From Macrostomum lignano (lineage: Eukaryota), in the NCBI GenBank assembly GCA_002269645.1, contig NIVC01000640.1:62001-126000 (forward strand): 64,000 nucleotides of DNA. Direction: 5' to 3'. The notes below the pieces were generated by a model that made no database searches, had not been told where the DNA came from, and worked only from the letters and a program-made list of their open reading frames with translations. The stretch's first letter is position 1. Every line of letters begins with the position of its first letter. This document shows positions 23,871 through 37,767 of the stretch, one piece after another. The translations under genes and the position numbers were made by a program.

Positions 23871-24319
23871 GAGTTATAATCTTATCTAATCTCGCACAGC
23901 GCTTCAAACCCAAAAGAGTCTATAACTGCTACAAGTAGCTGCTCAAAGAAAATTACACTCAGAATTTTAAACAAATATTCTGTGATGTCTGCCGACGCAA
24001 TTGCAGTTTTCATTGTGAAGTTGCACAGCTTACAACAGAATTAATTGTCTTGCCTGAGGGTGGATTGATTCTGAGCTGCAACAGGCTGAGAGCAGTGCCA
24101 GCCATTTTTAATTAAATTCTGCCCAAGGATAAAAGGCTGTTAGAGAAACAGGTTATTTTCAAAATTTGTATAATGTAAAAAATATTTTCCTTAATGATCA
24201 GATTTTTTAACTTCGATATTGTAGGACTTGATGCTTCAAATTATCTGCGATTAGCAAAAACCTTCGCTGCAAGTTGAAAAGCTAATTGGAATAGAAAAAA
24301 ATTTGAATCAAACTGGAGA

Positions 24320-24990
24320 CATTCTAAGAATCCTAAATTTTAGCTAACTGATTATAAGAATCCTAATCTTAGATTACTGATTATAAGAATCCTAATTTTA
24401 GCTTACTGTTTCTAAGAATCCTAATCTTAGCGCACTGTTTCTAAGAATCCTAAATTTTAGCTCACTGATTATATGAATCCTAATTTTAGCTTACTGTTTC
24501 TAAGAATCCTAATCTCAGCGCACTGTTTCTAAGAATCCTAATCTCAGCGCACTGTTTCTAAGAATCCTAATATTTAGCTCACTGATTATAAGAATCCTAA
24601 TTTTAGCTCACTGATTCTAAGAATCCTAATCTTAGCTTACTGTTTCTAAGAATCGTAACTCTCTGTTTCTAAGAATATGAATCTTAGCTCATTGTTTCTA
24701 AGAATCCCAATCTTAGCTCATGATTCTAAGAATTCCAATCCGGACCCACTAACCCAATGAATCCAAATCCTGACCCAGTGACCCAAAGAACCCTGATCTT
24801 GACCCACTGATTCTAAGAACCCTAATCGTGACCCACTGACCTTCAGAATTCTAATCTTGACCCACTGACCCGCGGAATTCTAATCTTGACTCATTGACCC
24901 TCGGAATTCTAATCTTGACCTACTGACCCCAAGAAGTTTACATCTAACCCATTGACCCCGTTAGAGCTCTAGTGTTGACCCACTGACAAT
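24320..24990. repeat. Degenerate 29-30-bp minisatellites (CTAAGAATCCTAATCTTAGCTCACTGTTT, then GACCCACTGACC...AATTCTAATCTT)
   Basis: Direct reading. Confidence 0.85.
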
Positions 24991-25539
24991 ACTTTAGCAG
25001 TAGCTTTAATCTTTTTCAGTACCCACTCAAAGACGTGTTGCACAAATCTCTTCAGTGTATGCTATCCCTGTTACGTTAAACTTTGCTTTGAAAAAGCAGA
25101 ATGACTTAAATGCCCCCGTTGCCGTCTCCCTGCTGCTGGCAGTTGGAAATCGCAAAACCGTATTTTTATTCTCTCTCCTCATTCTCTCACCTGGGCCGGC
25201 CGTGACTGCGCACAGCAATAAACTCCCAGAGTTTGCCAGCTTTCATTGCCAGAGCCCGGAACTGGCGCCCACAGGCTAAACTGCATCCACCCCCCCACAA
25301 CTAAATGCGGTATTTTGAAAAGCCCGAAAACAGCCATCGATCCTCGAGGAATTCGCCGGCTTACCGCCGCCGCTGCTGCAACAGCCCTGCATGATTCTCT
25401 CCCCTGTCTTTATTCACTGATATCTGCAAGCGACCGAGGCTTGTTTCAAACTGTTAGCCTAGAATGGCTTTCATTTATGAGCTCTTTTATCAACACTCTG
25501 CTAATTCGCTATTTATGGACTTCATTTGTATGTGAACTC

Positions 25540-26432
25540 CTGTCTTTCACTCTCTCAGTCTTTCACTCTCTCAGTCTTTCACTCTCTCAGTCTTTCACTC
25601 TCTCAGTCTTTCACTCTCCCAGCCTTTCACTCTCTCAGTCTTTCACTCTCCCAGACTTTCACTCTCCCAGTCTTTCACTCTCTCAGTCTTTCCTTCTCTC
25701 AGTCTTTCACTCTCTCAGTCTTTCACTCTCCCAGTCTTTCACTCTCTCAGTCTTTCACTCTCTCAGTCTTTCACTCTCCCAGTCTTTCCTTCTCTCAGTC
25801 TTTCACTTTCTCAGTCTTTCACTCTCCTAGTCTTTCACTCTCCCAGTCTTTCACTCTCCCAGTCTTTCACTCTCCCAGTCTTTCCTTCTCTCAGTCTTTC
25901 AATCTCTCAGTCTTTCACTCTCCCAGTCTTTCACTCTCCCAGTCTTTCACTCTCCCAGTCTTTCACTCTCCCAGTCTTTCACTCTCTCAGTTTTTCACTC
26001 ACCCAGTCTTTCACTCTCCCAGTCTTTCACTCTCCCAGTCTTTCACTCTCCCAGTTTTTCACTCTCCCAGTCTTTCACTCTCCCAGCCTTTCACTCTCCC
26101 AGTCTTTCACTCTCCCAGTTTTTCACTCTCCCAGTCTTTCACTCTCCCAGCCTTTCACTCTCTCAGTCTTTCACTCTCCCAGCCTTTCACTCTCCTAGTC
26201 TTTCACTCTCCCAGCCTTTCACTCTCCCAGTCTTTCACTCTCCCAGTTTTTCACTCTCCCAGTCTTTCACTCTCCCAGCCTTTCACTCTCCCAGTCTTTC
26301 ACTCTCCCAGTTTTTCACTCCCCCAGTCTTTCACTCTCCCAGCCTTTCACTCTCCCAGTCTTTCACTCTCTCAGTCTTTCACTCTCTCAGTCTTTCACTC
26401 TCCCAGTCTTTCACTCTCTCAGTCTTTCACTC
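25540..26432. repeat. 16-bp minisatellite (ACTCTCCCAGTCTTTC)n
   Basis: About 55 units. Confidence 0.95.
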
Positions 26433-27254
26433 CTCTTCACATTAATACCCAAGCTGTAAGTCTAGTGGAAGCCATTTTATCATTTATTAGTATATTAACT
26501 CAATAAAAATGTTTTGTTATGTCAAAGTCACACTGAAACCGCTGCCCGCAGTCATTCCATCAAGTATTTTACAACGCGAATTCATTAATTCTACTTTGTG
26601 TATTTCCAACTGCAGACTGCTTAAAAAGCTCTGACAGAGCTGTCTAAATATGATGAGCCATCATTGATTTTTGCCTGCACCATAACCATTTTCCCCCGCC
26701 AAGAGTCAGCGATTCCGTTACTTCCGTGGTTATTTTGTCGCTGAAAAAAACATGAACACTGAAAAAAAAATTTTTTTACTAAAACTATTTGATAGAGGCT
26801 GGGGCTGGGGTGCTTTTGAAATGGCCTCATCACCCATGCTGCAGCGTTGGCAACTAGCTTTTTCGATGGTGGACCGAACGGACCCGATCTTGTACTAAGT
26901 GGTGTCGGGAGGGGTGCGGCGAAAGCAAGAACTCTTTTTTTCCAGGAAACACTGGCAAAAAGTGGAGAAAAACGCTGAATAACAAAGCAGCTTAGCTTTT
27001 GCGCGAATTCCCTTCCTTATCAAGCATCATAAATTATTCAATCCTTATTAAAACTTTAAAAACAAAGTTTTATGTTGAATAGGATCTTTCTAATTAGAAA
27101 TCTATTAAGAAGTAGCTAATGGTATAAGTTTTGGCAACTTATTCATCAGCTTTGGAATGAAGCAGAGATTTTTAAAATCAGTTTGCTGCAAACGAGGCTT
27201 GTGTGAGACGCCGCTGTCAAAAGCGCACCTGTTGTACCGGTATTTCGGGGCAAA

Positions 27255-27478
27255 ACTATCATAAGCGCGCACTATCGTAAGCGCGCACTATCATAAGCGC
27301 GCACTATCGTAAGCGCGCACTATCATAAGCGCGCACTATCGTAAGCGCGCACTATCATAAGCGCGCACTATCGTAAGCGCGCACTATCATAAGCGCGCAC
27401 TATCGTAAGCGCGCACTATCATAAGCGCGCACTATCATAAGCGCGCACTATCGTAAGCGCGCACTATCATAAGCGCGC
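27255..27478. repeat. 16-bp minisatellite (ACTATC[A/G]TAAGCGCGC)n
   Basis: About 14 units, mostly alternating A/G variants. Confidence 0.95.
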
Positions 27479-27604
27479 AACCCAGCCCACTGTAATGGTG
27501 CCAGTGGTGTCAACCATGCCAATCAAGCACTGATAGCTTTCATCTTTCATCTTTTGGTAGCCAGCGCTACAAGTCTCTGGGTGTCTTGGGGGTTAGGGTT
27601 ACTT

Positions 27605-27900
27605 ATGAGTCATAGCACCCAATGCTGAATCCTAGCACCCACTGATGAGTCATATAGCGCACACTGATGATTAATAGCGCACACTGATGAGTCATAGCGC
27701 ACACTGATGAGTCATAGCGCACACTGATGAGTCATAGCGCACACTGATGAGTCATAGCGCACACTGATGAGTCATAGCGCACATTGATGAGTCATAGCGC
27801 ACACTGATGAGTCATAGCGCACACTGATGAGTCATAGCACCCACTGATGAGTCATATAGCGCACACTGATGAGTCACAGCGCACACTGAGAGTCATAGAG
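27605..27900. repeat. 20-bp minisatellite (ACTGATGAGTCATAGCGCAC)n
   Basis: About 13 units, most containing the palindromic ATGAGTCAT. Confidence 0.93.
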
Positions 27901-28449
27901 CACACTAATAAAAGCAACACAAAGCCAAGTCTCTCACCAACAGCCAGCAGCAAAAGCAGCGGCGGCGGCAGCGGTGGCGGCATCGGCGGCGTCGGCAGCG
28001 GTGGCAGCGGAAGCCGTCGATTTTGCAGACTTGGCTGCATGGCTAGGTTTGCAGAAGACAAGCCTGATAAATAATAGGTCTTTGAAGTCAAAGAGGAGCA
28101 CACAGAGAATGGAAGCTGGCAGCTAGCTAGGCCTGAAATGTCGGCACGGGTTGTTGGGATTCGGGTCATGACTGATTCACGGTGCCGCCCAGACAGTGGC
28201 TGGGTATGGATTCAACCGCCAGCTTGGGGGGGGGGGGGCTCCGGTGGACAAAGACGTTTGGACTGCGGGAAGATGGGACCTCGTGATCCAGCAGGCCCGG
28301 CATCGGAATCTGGGGCTTTTGAAGGGCGGCACACGCAAAATGACGATAAGCTTTGCATTCCTTTCTGAACTGCGATGACTGCTTGCGGAAATGGAAAATG
28401 ATGAATGAGCTTCTGTTTATTGTGCTGTTGGTGATAATTGAGATTGGTG

Positions 28450-28515
28450 ACGATGGTAACGATGATGATGATGATGATGATGATGATGGTGATGGTGATG
28501 ATGATCCTGATGATA

Positions 28516-28556
<41 letters not shown>

Positions 28557-28581
28557 CATGATCATGATGATCATGATGGTG

Positions 28582-28613
<32 letters not shown>

Positions 28614-28659
28614 GATGACAATGATGATGATGATGGTGATGATGATGATGATGATGATC

Positions 28660-28691
<32 letters not shown>

Positions 28692-29360
28692 AATGATGAT
28701 GATGATGCTGATGATGATGAAGATTATGGTGATGATGATGATGCTGATGATGGTGATGATGATGATGGAGACGATTGAGATAGCGGTGACGATGACGGTG
28801 ATGATAATGGCGATGCCGGTGATGATGGCGATGCCGGTGATGATGATGCCGGTGATGATAATGGCGATGCCGGTGATGATGATGCCGGTGATGATAATGG
28901 TGATGCCGGTAATGGCGATGCCGGTGATGATGATGCCGGTGTTGATAATGGCGATGCCGGTGATGATGATGCCGGTGATGATGATGCCGGTCATGATGAT
29001 GCCGGTGATGATGATGCCGGTGATGATGATGCCGGTGATGATAATGGCGATGCCGGTGATGATGATCCCGGTGATGATGATGCCGGTGATGATGATCCCG
29101 GTGATGATGATGCCGGTGATGATGATGCCGGTGATGATGATGCCGGTGATGATGATGCCGGTGATGATGATGCCGGTGATGATGATGCCGGTGTTGATAA
29201 TGGCGATGCCGGTGATGATGATGCCGGTGATGATGATGCCGGTGATGATAATGGTGATGCCGGTGATGATGATGCCGGTGATGATAATGGCGATGCCGGT
29301 GATAATGATGCTGGTGATGATGATGCCGGTGATGATAATGGTGATGCCGGTGATGATGAA
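28450..29360. repeat. (GAT)n microsatellite grading into a 15-bp (GATGATGATGCCGGT)n array
   Basis: Direct reading; source of the poly-D, poly-M and poly-I ORFs. Confidence 0.95.
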
Positions 29361-30194
29361 GCCGCTGATTATAATGAAGACAGTAAATGCGACACGATCA
29401 TGGAGAATAATGATATTAACCGTACCAACGCAGCTGCAATCATCAAGACATAAACTGAGTAGAACTGACAAGCGCAGCCAATGTGAATGACAGGCAGGAC
29501 AGTAGTGGGCCTACAAAAGGTGGGAGGCCATAAAGAGAAGGGCCCAATTCACGCTGGGGGGTCTGAGCTGAGGGATAAACAATGCAGAGCCGCCGTCTGC
29601 TTCCCGACGCCAGCATCCCGAGCTCCCGAAAAGCTCCCTCCCCTCTTCAAGCCCAGTAGAGGGGCTAAAGTGCAGCCTGCTATTCTGTCATTCCTGCCGC
29701 TCTGTGTTTTGACCGGAAGGACAGAGAGACGGGAGAGAGAGACGCGGAGGGTCCTAGGTTCGCTTCAACCCCCCCCCCAAGCGGCGAGGTTGTTTATGCT
29801 GCTGCAGCACTACAATGTGCCCCCCTAGAGCGGTAAATACTTGTCAAGAGCTTACAATTCGAAGGACAGCCCGCCCCGCCCACACGCACATCTCCGCATT
29901 TCGCGAGCTCCAGTTTCCATTGCGCCCCCCCCCAGCCTCCTATATTCTACCTTTCACGCCGAATATCCCATTTCCAGGTGTCGAAGAGGCAGACAATAAC
30001 TGAGCGAGGATTAGCCGCGATGGGGGATGCTCTATTTCTGATAAATTGCATTTTGAATCGATTATCAGGGATTTTCGTGTCGGTAGGAATTTGATACATT
30101 GGCAGCTGGGACTTGAGTTAATCTGATTGGGGATGCATTGAGCTGTTGATTTGAGCTGCGCTTGCTGGGATTAAGAATTTCGACACCGACGATT

Positions 30195-30420
30195 AACGAT
30201 GAAATCATGGTGATGATACCGATGATGATGCTGATGATGAAGACAATGATGGTGATGATGATGGTGATGATGCCGATGATGATGCTGATGATGAAGACAA
30301 TGATGGTGATGATGATGGTGATGATGCCGATGATGATGCCGATGATGATGCCGATGATGATGCCGATGATGATGCCGATGATGATGGTGATGATGATTAA
30401 GATGAAGATGATGATGATGC

Positions 30421-30493
<73 letters not shown>

Positions 30494-30807
30494 AGTGATG
30501 ATGATGATGATGATAGTGATGATGATGATGATAGTGATGATGATAGTGATGATGATGATACCGATGATGATGCTGATGATGAAGACAATGATGGTGATGA
30601 TGATGGTGATGATGCCGATGATGATGCCGATGATGATGCCGATGATGATGCCGATGATGATGGTGATGATGATTAAGATGAAGATGATGATGATGCTGAT
30701 GATGATGATGATGATGATGCTGATGATGATGGTAATGATGATGATGATGATAATGATGATGATGATAATGATGATGATGATGAAAGTGATGATGATGGTG
30801 GTGATAG

Positions 30808-30901
<94 letters not shown>

Positions 30902-31010
30902 AGTGATAATGATGGTGGTGATAGTGATGATGATGATGATAGTGATGATGATGATGATAGTGATGATGATAGTGATGATGATGATGGTGATGATGGTGAT
31001 GATAACGATA
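30195..31010. repeat. Degenerate (GAT)n microsatellite with an internal block duplication
   Basis: Block GATGATACCGATGATGATGCTGATGATGAAGACAATG... occurs at about 30213 and again at about 30555. Confidence 0.93.
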
Positions 31011-31604
31011 GCGGCTGGCTCTAATGCTAATGCAATATATTGGCTCGTATTAACTCATATTCAGTGCAAAGCTTTTAAAAAGCTAGACACAGACCGCAGT
31101 TCCACTAGTTATAAACAAACCAGGTTTCCAGGCGCACTAACCACCCAGTCAGTTGGATTCGAACCCCCAAACCCCTTGAGGCGCTCGGGTAGGTCATCAA
31201 TTAATTCTCGGCAACAACCGAGCGATGTGACTCGAAATAAAATGTCATCTCGGACAAAGGCTTGGAGAGCCACAGTTGTTGAGCTCGCAGAACGGAAGCA
31301 TTCGCTGTCGAGCGCTAATGAGATGCCTCTCGGCAATGAGGGAATCCCCAGACTCCTTGATGCGGTGATGAAATTTGCTTTCACCTGCTTTTTATAGGGG
31401 ACTTGAGGCGGCCCCTGGCTTTGGCGGAATCTCAACCTACTACGAGCGCACGAGCCAGGATTCTTGTCTGTCAGCAGTTTCTGCTCGGAAGTATGAGCTG
31501 TCAATTAAAGTCGTATTTGAGAAAGTTTTGAGTAAACAGCATTGAAAACAGCTTGGAGTATAAGGAGATGTTATAGCAAAACTTAGTCTTTAATGAGCCC
31601 TTTC

Positions 31605-31730
31605 ACTTGGTGATGATGATGATGTTGGTCATGATGGTGATGGTGATAATTGAGATGGGTGACGATGGTAACGATGATGATGGTGATGATGGTGATGATG
31701 GTGATAATTGAGATGGGTGACGATGGTAAC

Positions 31731-31779
<49 letters not shown>

Positions 31780-31992
31780 ATGATGATGATGGTGATGGTG
31801 ATGATGATGGGTGATGGTGATAATGATGATGATGATGATGATGGTGATGGTGATAATTGAGATGGGTGACGATGGTAACGATGATGATGATGATGATGGT
31901 GATGGTGATAATTGAGATGGGTGACGATGGTAACGGTGATGATGGTGATGATGGTGATGATGGTGATAATTGAGATGGGTGACGATGGTAAC

Positions 31993-32041
<49 letters not shown>

Positions 32042-32125
32042 ATGATGATGATGGTGATGGTGATGATGATGGGTGATGGTGATAATGATGAAGATAGTGA
32101 TAGTGATTATGATGATGATGATGAT
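31605..32125. repeat. (GAT)n microsatellite with recurrent GGTGATAATTGAGATGGGTGACGATGGTAAC cores
   Basis: Direct reading; five core copies. Confidence 0.92.
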
Positions 32126-33499
32126 GACCGCTCGGAACATTGACATTGACACCTCAAAAGATTTCAAATTCTGTTGGAGAAACAAATTTCAGCCAGCTGT
32201 TTTTGATTGCCCGAAGAAGCAGATTGCATGAAGACTTATGAGTCGAAGCTGGAAAAGGCTCAGCTGCATTATTAACCTGGCTTCCAAATCGTGTTTTTTT
32301 AATTCTATTAAATGCAAAGAAAGCCGCATTCGAACATGTAAAAGTGTAGTAAAGCGACAAATCAATTTCGCTCGAAGAACTTCGCTCAAAGTGGATGCTG
32401 GGACGGACGTGGGTTTGGGCGGAAGCCTTTCATCCTCCATCACTCCTGTCGTGTTTTCATGGCCGGCAACCCTGATCGAGTTGAAGCGAGCGGGCGCGGC
32501 TGCTGCCCCTTCATGATGTGTGCATAGCGAGAGTCAACTCTGGGTCAATATGGAAGACGATGGGGGGAGGGAAGAAAACGAGAGATGAAGAAGGGGAGAA
32601 AAGGACTTGAGGCGGAGGATGAGACCAGAAGCATGTTTGGGGGAGGGGAAAGTTTTGAGGCTGCTCGCTCAGTGGCGGCTTGGGAGAGGGGGAGCAGGAG
32701 AACCCCCAAAAAATCCCCTCAACGATTTATGGCGGCACCGGACACGATTATGACATGTTAATGAAGTTGGCCGCACTCCCGCGGTCCGTCTAAGTCCCCC
32801 CCCCGGATCCTCTGCTATCCCCAGCCCAGGCTATATAGTGCTCAAGGCTGAAGCTAAACTGGGGCCAGCTCAGGGGAGCCCTCCACTTCATTACCAGCTC
32901 CAATGGGACTTTGGGGGTGCAGGGAGCTGAGCGCAGTGCACCAGCCTTACCCCCGGCCTGCTGTCTGTCTGTCTGGTTGCCAACCGCCCCCCCCCTGTGT
33001 TTTCATCTGAAGAAAATATCTGCAGGATTTCTGCGCTACAATATCCTTGCCAGAGATTTCTTGCATGCTTGCATAGCCAGGCAGGCTGGGCTATAAGTAT
33101 CGAGTTGGGCCAAGCCACAAACAGACGGGACGTGAAGTCTGAATACAATGATTTCACTGTACAGGACAGATTTGTGCCTTTGGCGTATACAAGCTCAGGT
33201 AGCAGCATAAGAAATGAGCTGTCTGGGCCTTGTCAGATTGCTAATTTATTAGATTATATAGCTGTGGCTAGGATGGGAACTACATTGACAGATATTGGAG
33301 TACAGCGGGTGCTTGACCTGTTTATCTCATAAAATTACGTTTTTATCTATCTCCGATATGTATCGAAAATAATTTTACACATTACATTGAAAATCGCAAC
33401 AAACTCTGACTTTTTTTCGATTTTTCAGTTTAGTTAGGGCACTTAGACTTGTCCCTTTGGCATACTGGGAGCTTGCTGCTGTCACTTGCAGCGGAGAGG

Positions 33500-33830
33500 A
33501 GATAGAGGAGAGGGGGGGGGAAGAAAGGAGAGACAGGAGGGGAAAGAAGTGAGATGAGAGGAAAGAGGGGGAGTGAGGGGAAAGGACAGAGGGAAGAGGG
33601 GGGAGGAGAGAGAAGAGAGGAGAGAGGAGAGAGGAGAGAGGAGAGAGGAGAGAGGAGAGAGGAGAGAGGAGAGAGGAGAGAGGAGAGAAGGGAGAGGGGG
33701 GAGAGAGGAAAGAGAGGAGATAGGAGAGACGAGAGATGGGATGAAAAAGGAGGAGAGAGAGGAGAGGGAAAGAGAAGACAGGAGAGAGGAGAGAGAGGCA
33801 GGCAGGCAGGCGGCAGGTAGGCAGGCAGAC
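33500..33830. repeat. (GAGAG)n purine-rich low-complexity tract
   Basis: Direct reading. Confidence 0.9.
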
Positions 33831-34767
33831 AGGAGGGCTTTTTAGACTTGAAATTGGATTAAAAAAGTAGAGAAGATAAGAGAGAGAGAGAAAGCAGGCC
33901 AGGAGCCAGCGGTCAGATGTTGAGCGGATATCAAGTGCGGGGGAGACAAGGCGGATGGATATCGGCTTATAGTGAAGCGGCCGGCAGGATTCCGTGGTGG
34001 TCATGCCAGAGACTGCATGCAATTGGCAAAAACAGCAAAACTGGCCGGATCGCTGGAATTCGGGAGGGGGTGGGCAAGCACGCCTCCCGCCTACTACACT
34101 ATGGCCGCTGCTGCAGGATGTTTGTGCTGCTGCGGTGCAGCATTGGGGTGGGCAGATTAAAAAATCCCACCAACCCACCCCCCCTCGCATGCCCCGCTCA
34201 GATTGGAAAAGATCCATCGCTCGTAATTGCCAGGGAAATAATAAGTGGCCAGGCTGGGGGGGGCCAGGTTCCAGGCGGCCGGGCGAATTAAATCTTCATC
34301 CCTTCTCCTCGGCCAGCCTGGCAGCCCGGATACGAATCCCTAAGGCTGATCCCGCACCTACTGCAGTCCTCGCCCCTTCACTTGATCCCCTTCACTTCGC
34401 AGCTGGGAGAAAATGGCGGCTGCCCAACCCAAGCGGCGGTGGGTGGATTAAGAAGAGAACAAGGATAGATAGAGAATGCTGCAGTACGTGTGCTCTTGAG
34501 AAACAGATATATGGCCCCAGCTGACCCAGGGTCGGCTCTATAAAAAAAACTGGTTCACAACTGCAGTCGTACACAGAGGTCAAAGTTATCGAACAAAGAG
34601 TAGCCGAGCTAACATAGGGAGCCAATATATAATAAGATAGCTAAAGCTGAAACCAAAATCCCAAATCCTCGGATTCCTACTGTTCGACCATATAGACAAA
34701 AGTCTGCAACTGGAACTGAATTGCATGGTACTCTTTGGTTATCGGATCAATAATGAAACATATAAAG

Positions 34768-34830
34768 CAGGGGTTGGCCAACTCCGGCCCGCGAAGCCTC
34801 TCTATCCGGCCCTCGGTCCTTTGAAACTTC
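34768..34830 (+). mobile_element. Possible solitary left end of a hAT (Charlie-like) DNA transposon
   Basis: CAGGGGTTGGCCAACTCCGGCCCGCG resembles the CAGGGGTxGGCAAACTxCGGCCCGCG termini of hAT-Charlie elements; no matching right end or TSD found. Confidence 0.3.
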
Positions 34831-36814
34831 TCCATGGCAATCCGGCCTGCTCAAGGTTTGTGTCTCTGCTCAGCTCTACTCTCTCTAATCTCCTCTCTCC
34901 CGAAAAGGTTGCCTGGAGGTTTTGACTTTTAAACAAAAATATATGTCCTATCGAAGGCCGTTTATATGGGTGAACTTTTTTCGGCGAGGTTTCTGCCATA
35001 GACTCGAGCAATAGTAATTAAGTATACTATATCCTGTATGTGCTAAGTCAGTTAACGGATATCCAAATCTGAGAGCCTACAGAACAAGACAGGTTGGGCC
35101 AGAAACAAAACGCAAATTTGCCGTTTATCCTGGAATCAGCGACCTAGAATACAATATTCAATACATTTATTCATAACATTCCATTTCCTCTAGTTAAGTG
35201 CATAACAATAAATAATCGGTGATTGAAACTGTTCACGCAATTCAGTTACCTGTTGAAGTGAAGACATTGCTTCAGATAGACGATTATTGACAATTTCTGT
35301 GTAATGAAGTTAGCGCAATTCGATTTGTTCGGTTTTGTGAGTGCTGCTGCTGGCTGGATGATGAAGTTTCGCTCGATTGCCGTCCTTGAGTTTGCCAACT
35401 GACAGACCAACTGTTTTATTGCTAATTTCTGCCCTGCAGGCAAAGTTCCACGTTTAGCGACCCCGGGGGAGCAGTTAAAGGATTCTAATAAAGCGATGAC
35501 CTGCTCAGCCGTCTCCTATTGGCTGACAGGTTCGCTTTGCTGCCGGCCAATCAGAAGCGCCGCTGCTGAATTCATTTATCTATAAGCACCAATTCGTTTA
35601 AAAGTGAGCTATTAAACATGGGGGCATTGGGACATATCTCTGACAAGGTTTGAAAAAAAGAATGAAAATTGTTACGCGTATGCAGTCCTTTGACAGACGG
35701 CCACTAAAGACTGAAGGTGATGACTTGACAGTGGCGCCAGAGTCACAGGCGTTGATGGCTTGCCATCATTCTCTTCCATTGTGTCCTCGATTTCGGTCAA
35801 AGAATCATTTTCTCCATGCTGCATGCTTGCCAATTAGAATGCAGCTTCTTTCTCTAGCTACATCTTGAATACGAATAAATACGACGTCATAGTGGAAATC
35901 CCCCCCCCCCCAGGTTCCGTTCCGCTTGGCAGCCGAGAGGTGCTGGCTAGGCAGAGTATTGACCAGAGCTCGGCCAACAGACCCATTTACTGTATGAAGC
36001 TCAGGCACTCGATAAATACGGACTACAACACACACAGAGAGAAAATGCAGACAGCCCGGGATGACGCGGCGGCAGATGCTGCGGTCCCAGGCTAGGGCGG
36101 GACTGAGTAGACTCAGTAGAGGATGGGATCAAGGGACTCGAGTGGTAGAGCTAATTCTGTCGCCTTGGTGAGAAAATGAATGCGAAGACAAGCTTATGGC
36201 ACAAACATTAGAGATCAGAGAGCACTGCTGACTCAAACGCGGAGGGGCGGGATGGCATTCGATTTGAATGGGGAAAATAGCATGCAGCTTTACATTATCC
36301 CAAACTGCGTACAGCTGGGATTTGAGTGCCTCTCAACACTACAGTCAGCAGACGACAGCCACCTTCGAAAACAACTCGAAGGCTTAAAGGAATCTGCGAG
36401 GAAGCCGGAGTAAGGGCGAGAAAAAGTTGGCGGGCTTTCCCGATTAAAACAGCAAGGCAGCGCGGGCTGAGCAAACCGAGTGTTGAATAATTGATTGATT
36501 TGCCAGAGTCGGAGCGTGTTTCGATGGGATCAATAATACATATTATATTATAAAGTTAAGCGCTGCAACCTCCACGCCGAGGTGAGGAAGGCAAAACACT
36601 GCAGAGAATGATTGGCGGCAATTTTGGCCGCTCGCGGATCCCGTCGTCCAGGGATGGAAAAATATCCCTTCCAACTTTCTCGTACTCGAGACGCCTGGCT
36701 TAATTGGATGCTTATGGGAGCTGTAGGAAAAGCAGTTGAGTAGCACCATTGTGTGACATCGTCCCACAGCACACGGTTGGGCTACCCAAAAATCTACATG
36801 TAAGAAGCTCAGAT

Positions 36815-37330
36815 TCCATGACTATCTCTCAGATCCCAAGTCCATCACTCAGATCCCAAGCCCATCTCTCAGATCCCAAGTCCATCTCTCAGATCCCAAG
36901 ACCATCTCTCAGATCCGATCACCATCTCTCAGATCCCAAGTCCATCTCTCAGATCCCAAGACAATCTCTCAGATCCCACGACCATCTCTCAGATCCCAAG
37001 TCCATCACTCAGATCCCAAGACCATTTCTCAGATCCGATGATAATCTCTCAGATCCCAAGACCATCTCTCAGATCCCAAGACCATCTCTCAGATCCTATG
37101 ACCATCTCTCAGATCCGATGATCATCTCTCAGATCCCAAGTTCATCTCTCAGATCCGATGACCATTTCTTAGATTACAAGTCCATTTCTCAGATCCCAAG
37201 ACAATCTCTCAGATCCCAAGGCAATATTTCAGATCATAAGGTCATCTCACAGACCCTAGGATATTCTCACCGATACCAAAATAGATCCTAGATTTCAAGA
37301 CAATCGTAAAGATCTTGAGAGACCACCCTT
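36815..37330. repeat. 20-bp degenerate minisatellite (CTCTCAGATCCCAAGTCCAT)n
   Basis: Direct reading. Confidence 0.9.
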
Positions 37331-37767
37331 CCCAGATCTTAAAGTTCATTACTCAGATCGAAGCACGCTTTCAGATTCGTATAGCATATTAAGAGAGCTC
37401 AAGTCAGGTGCTCAGGAAACTGCGACTTTAAGGCAGGAAGAGACTTCGTCACGATCCGGCCTGAAGCACCGAGTGCAGTACTAAATTAATTTCCCTGCAA
37501 GGCTGCAGAGACGCCTTGCTCTTAGATTTCACCGTTGCCGAACACCAGGTGAAATCGTGCGTGATCCGCGCTGGTAAATTCAAGAAAAAGCCAGTGAAAG
37601 CCAGGCTACGCGCAGTTAGTTTGGGCGGCAGGCAGCAAGACTACTTTTTAAGGTTAGTAGTCGGTCAAATTCTAGTCAGCATCCTGGATTGAAAAATGCA
37701 CAATCTATTCGACTGCAACCTGCTGTGACATTCGAAGTCAACACGAGTATTCGAAGCCAAAGCTAAG

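Noticed and set aside
27640-27880. CTGATGAG resembling a hammerhead ribozyme core
   Set aside because: No downstream GAAA and no stems I-III can be formed; it is a simple 20-bp repeat.
28353-29490. Apparent signal peptide plus poly-Asp protein (biomineralisation-like)
   Set aside because: Part of the apparent leader comes from the repeat core also found at 31.6-32 kb; the Asp frame has a TGA at 28776; the Met and antisense frames are equally open, as expected for (GAT)n.
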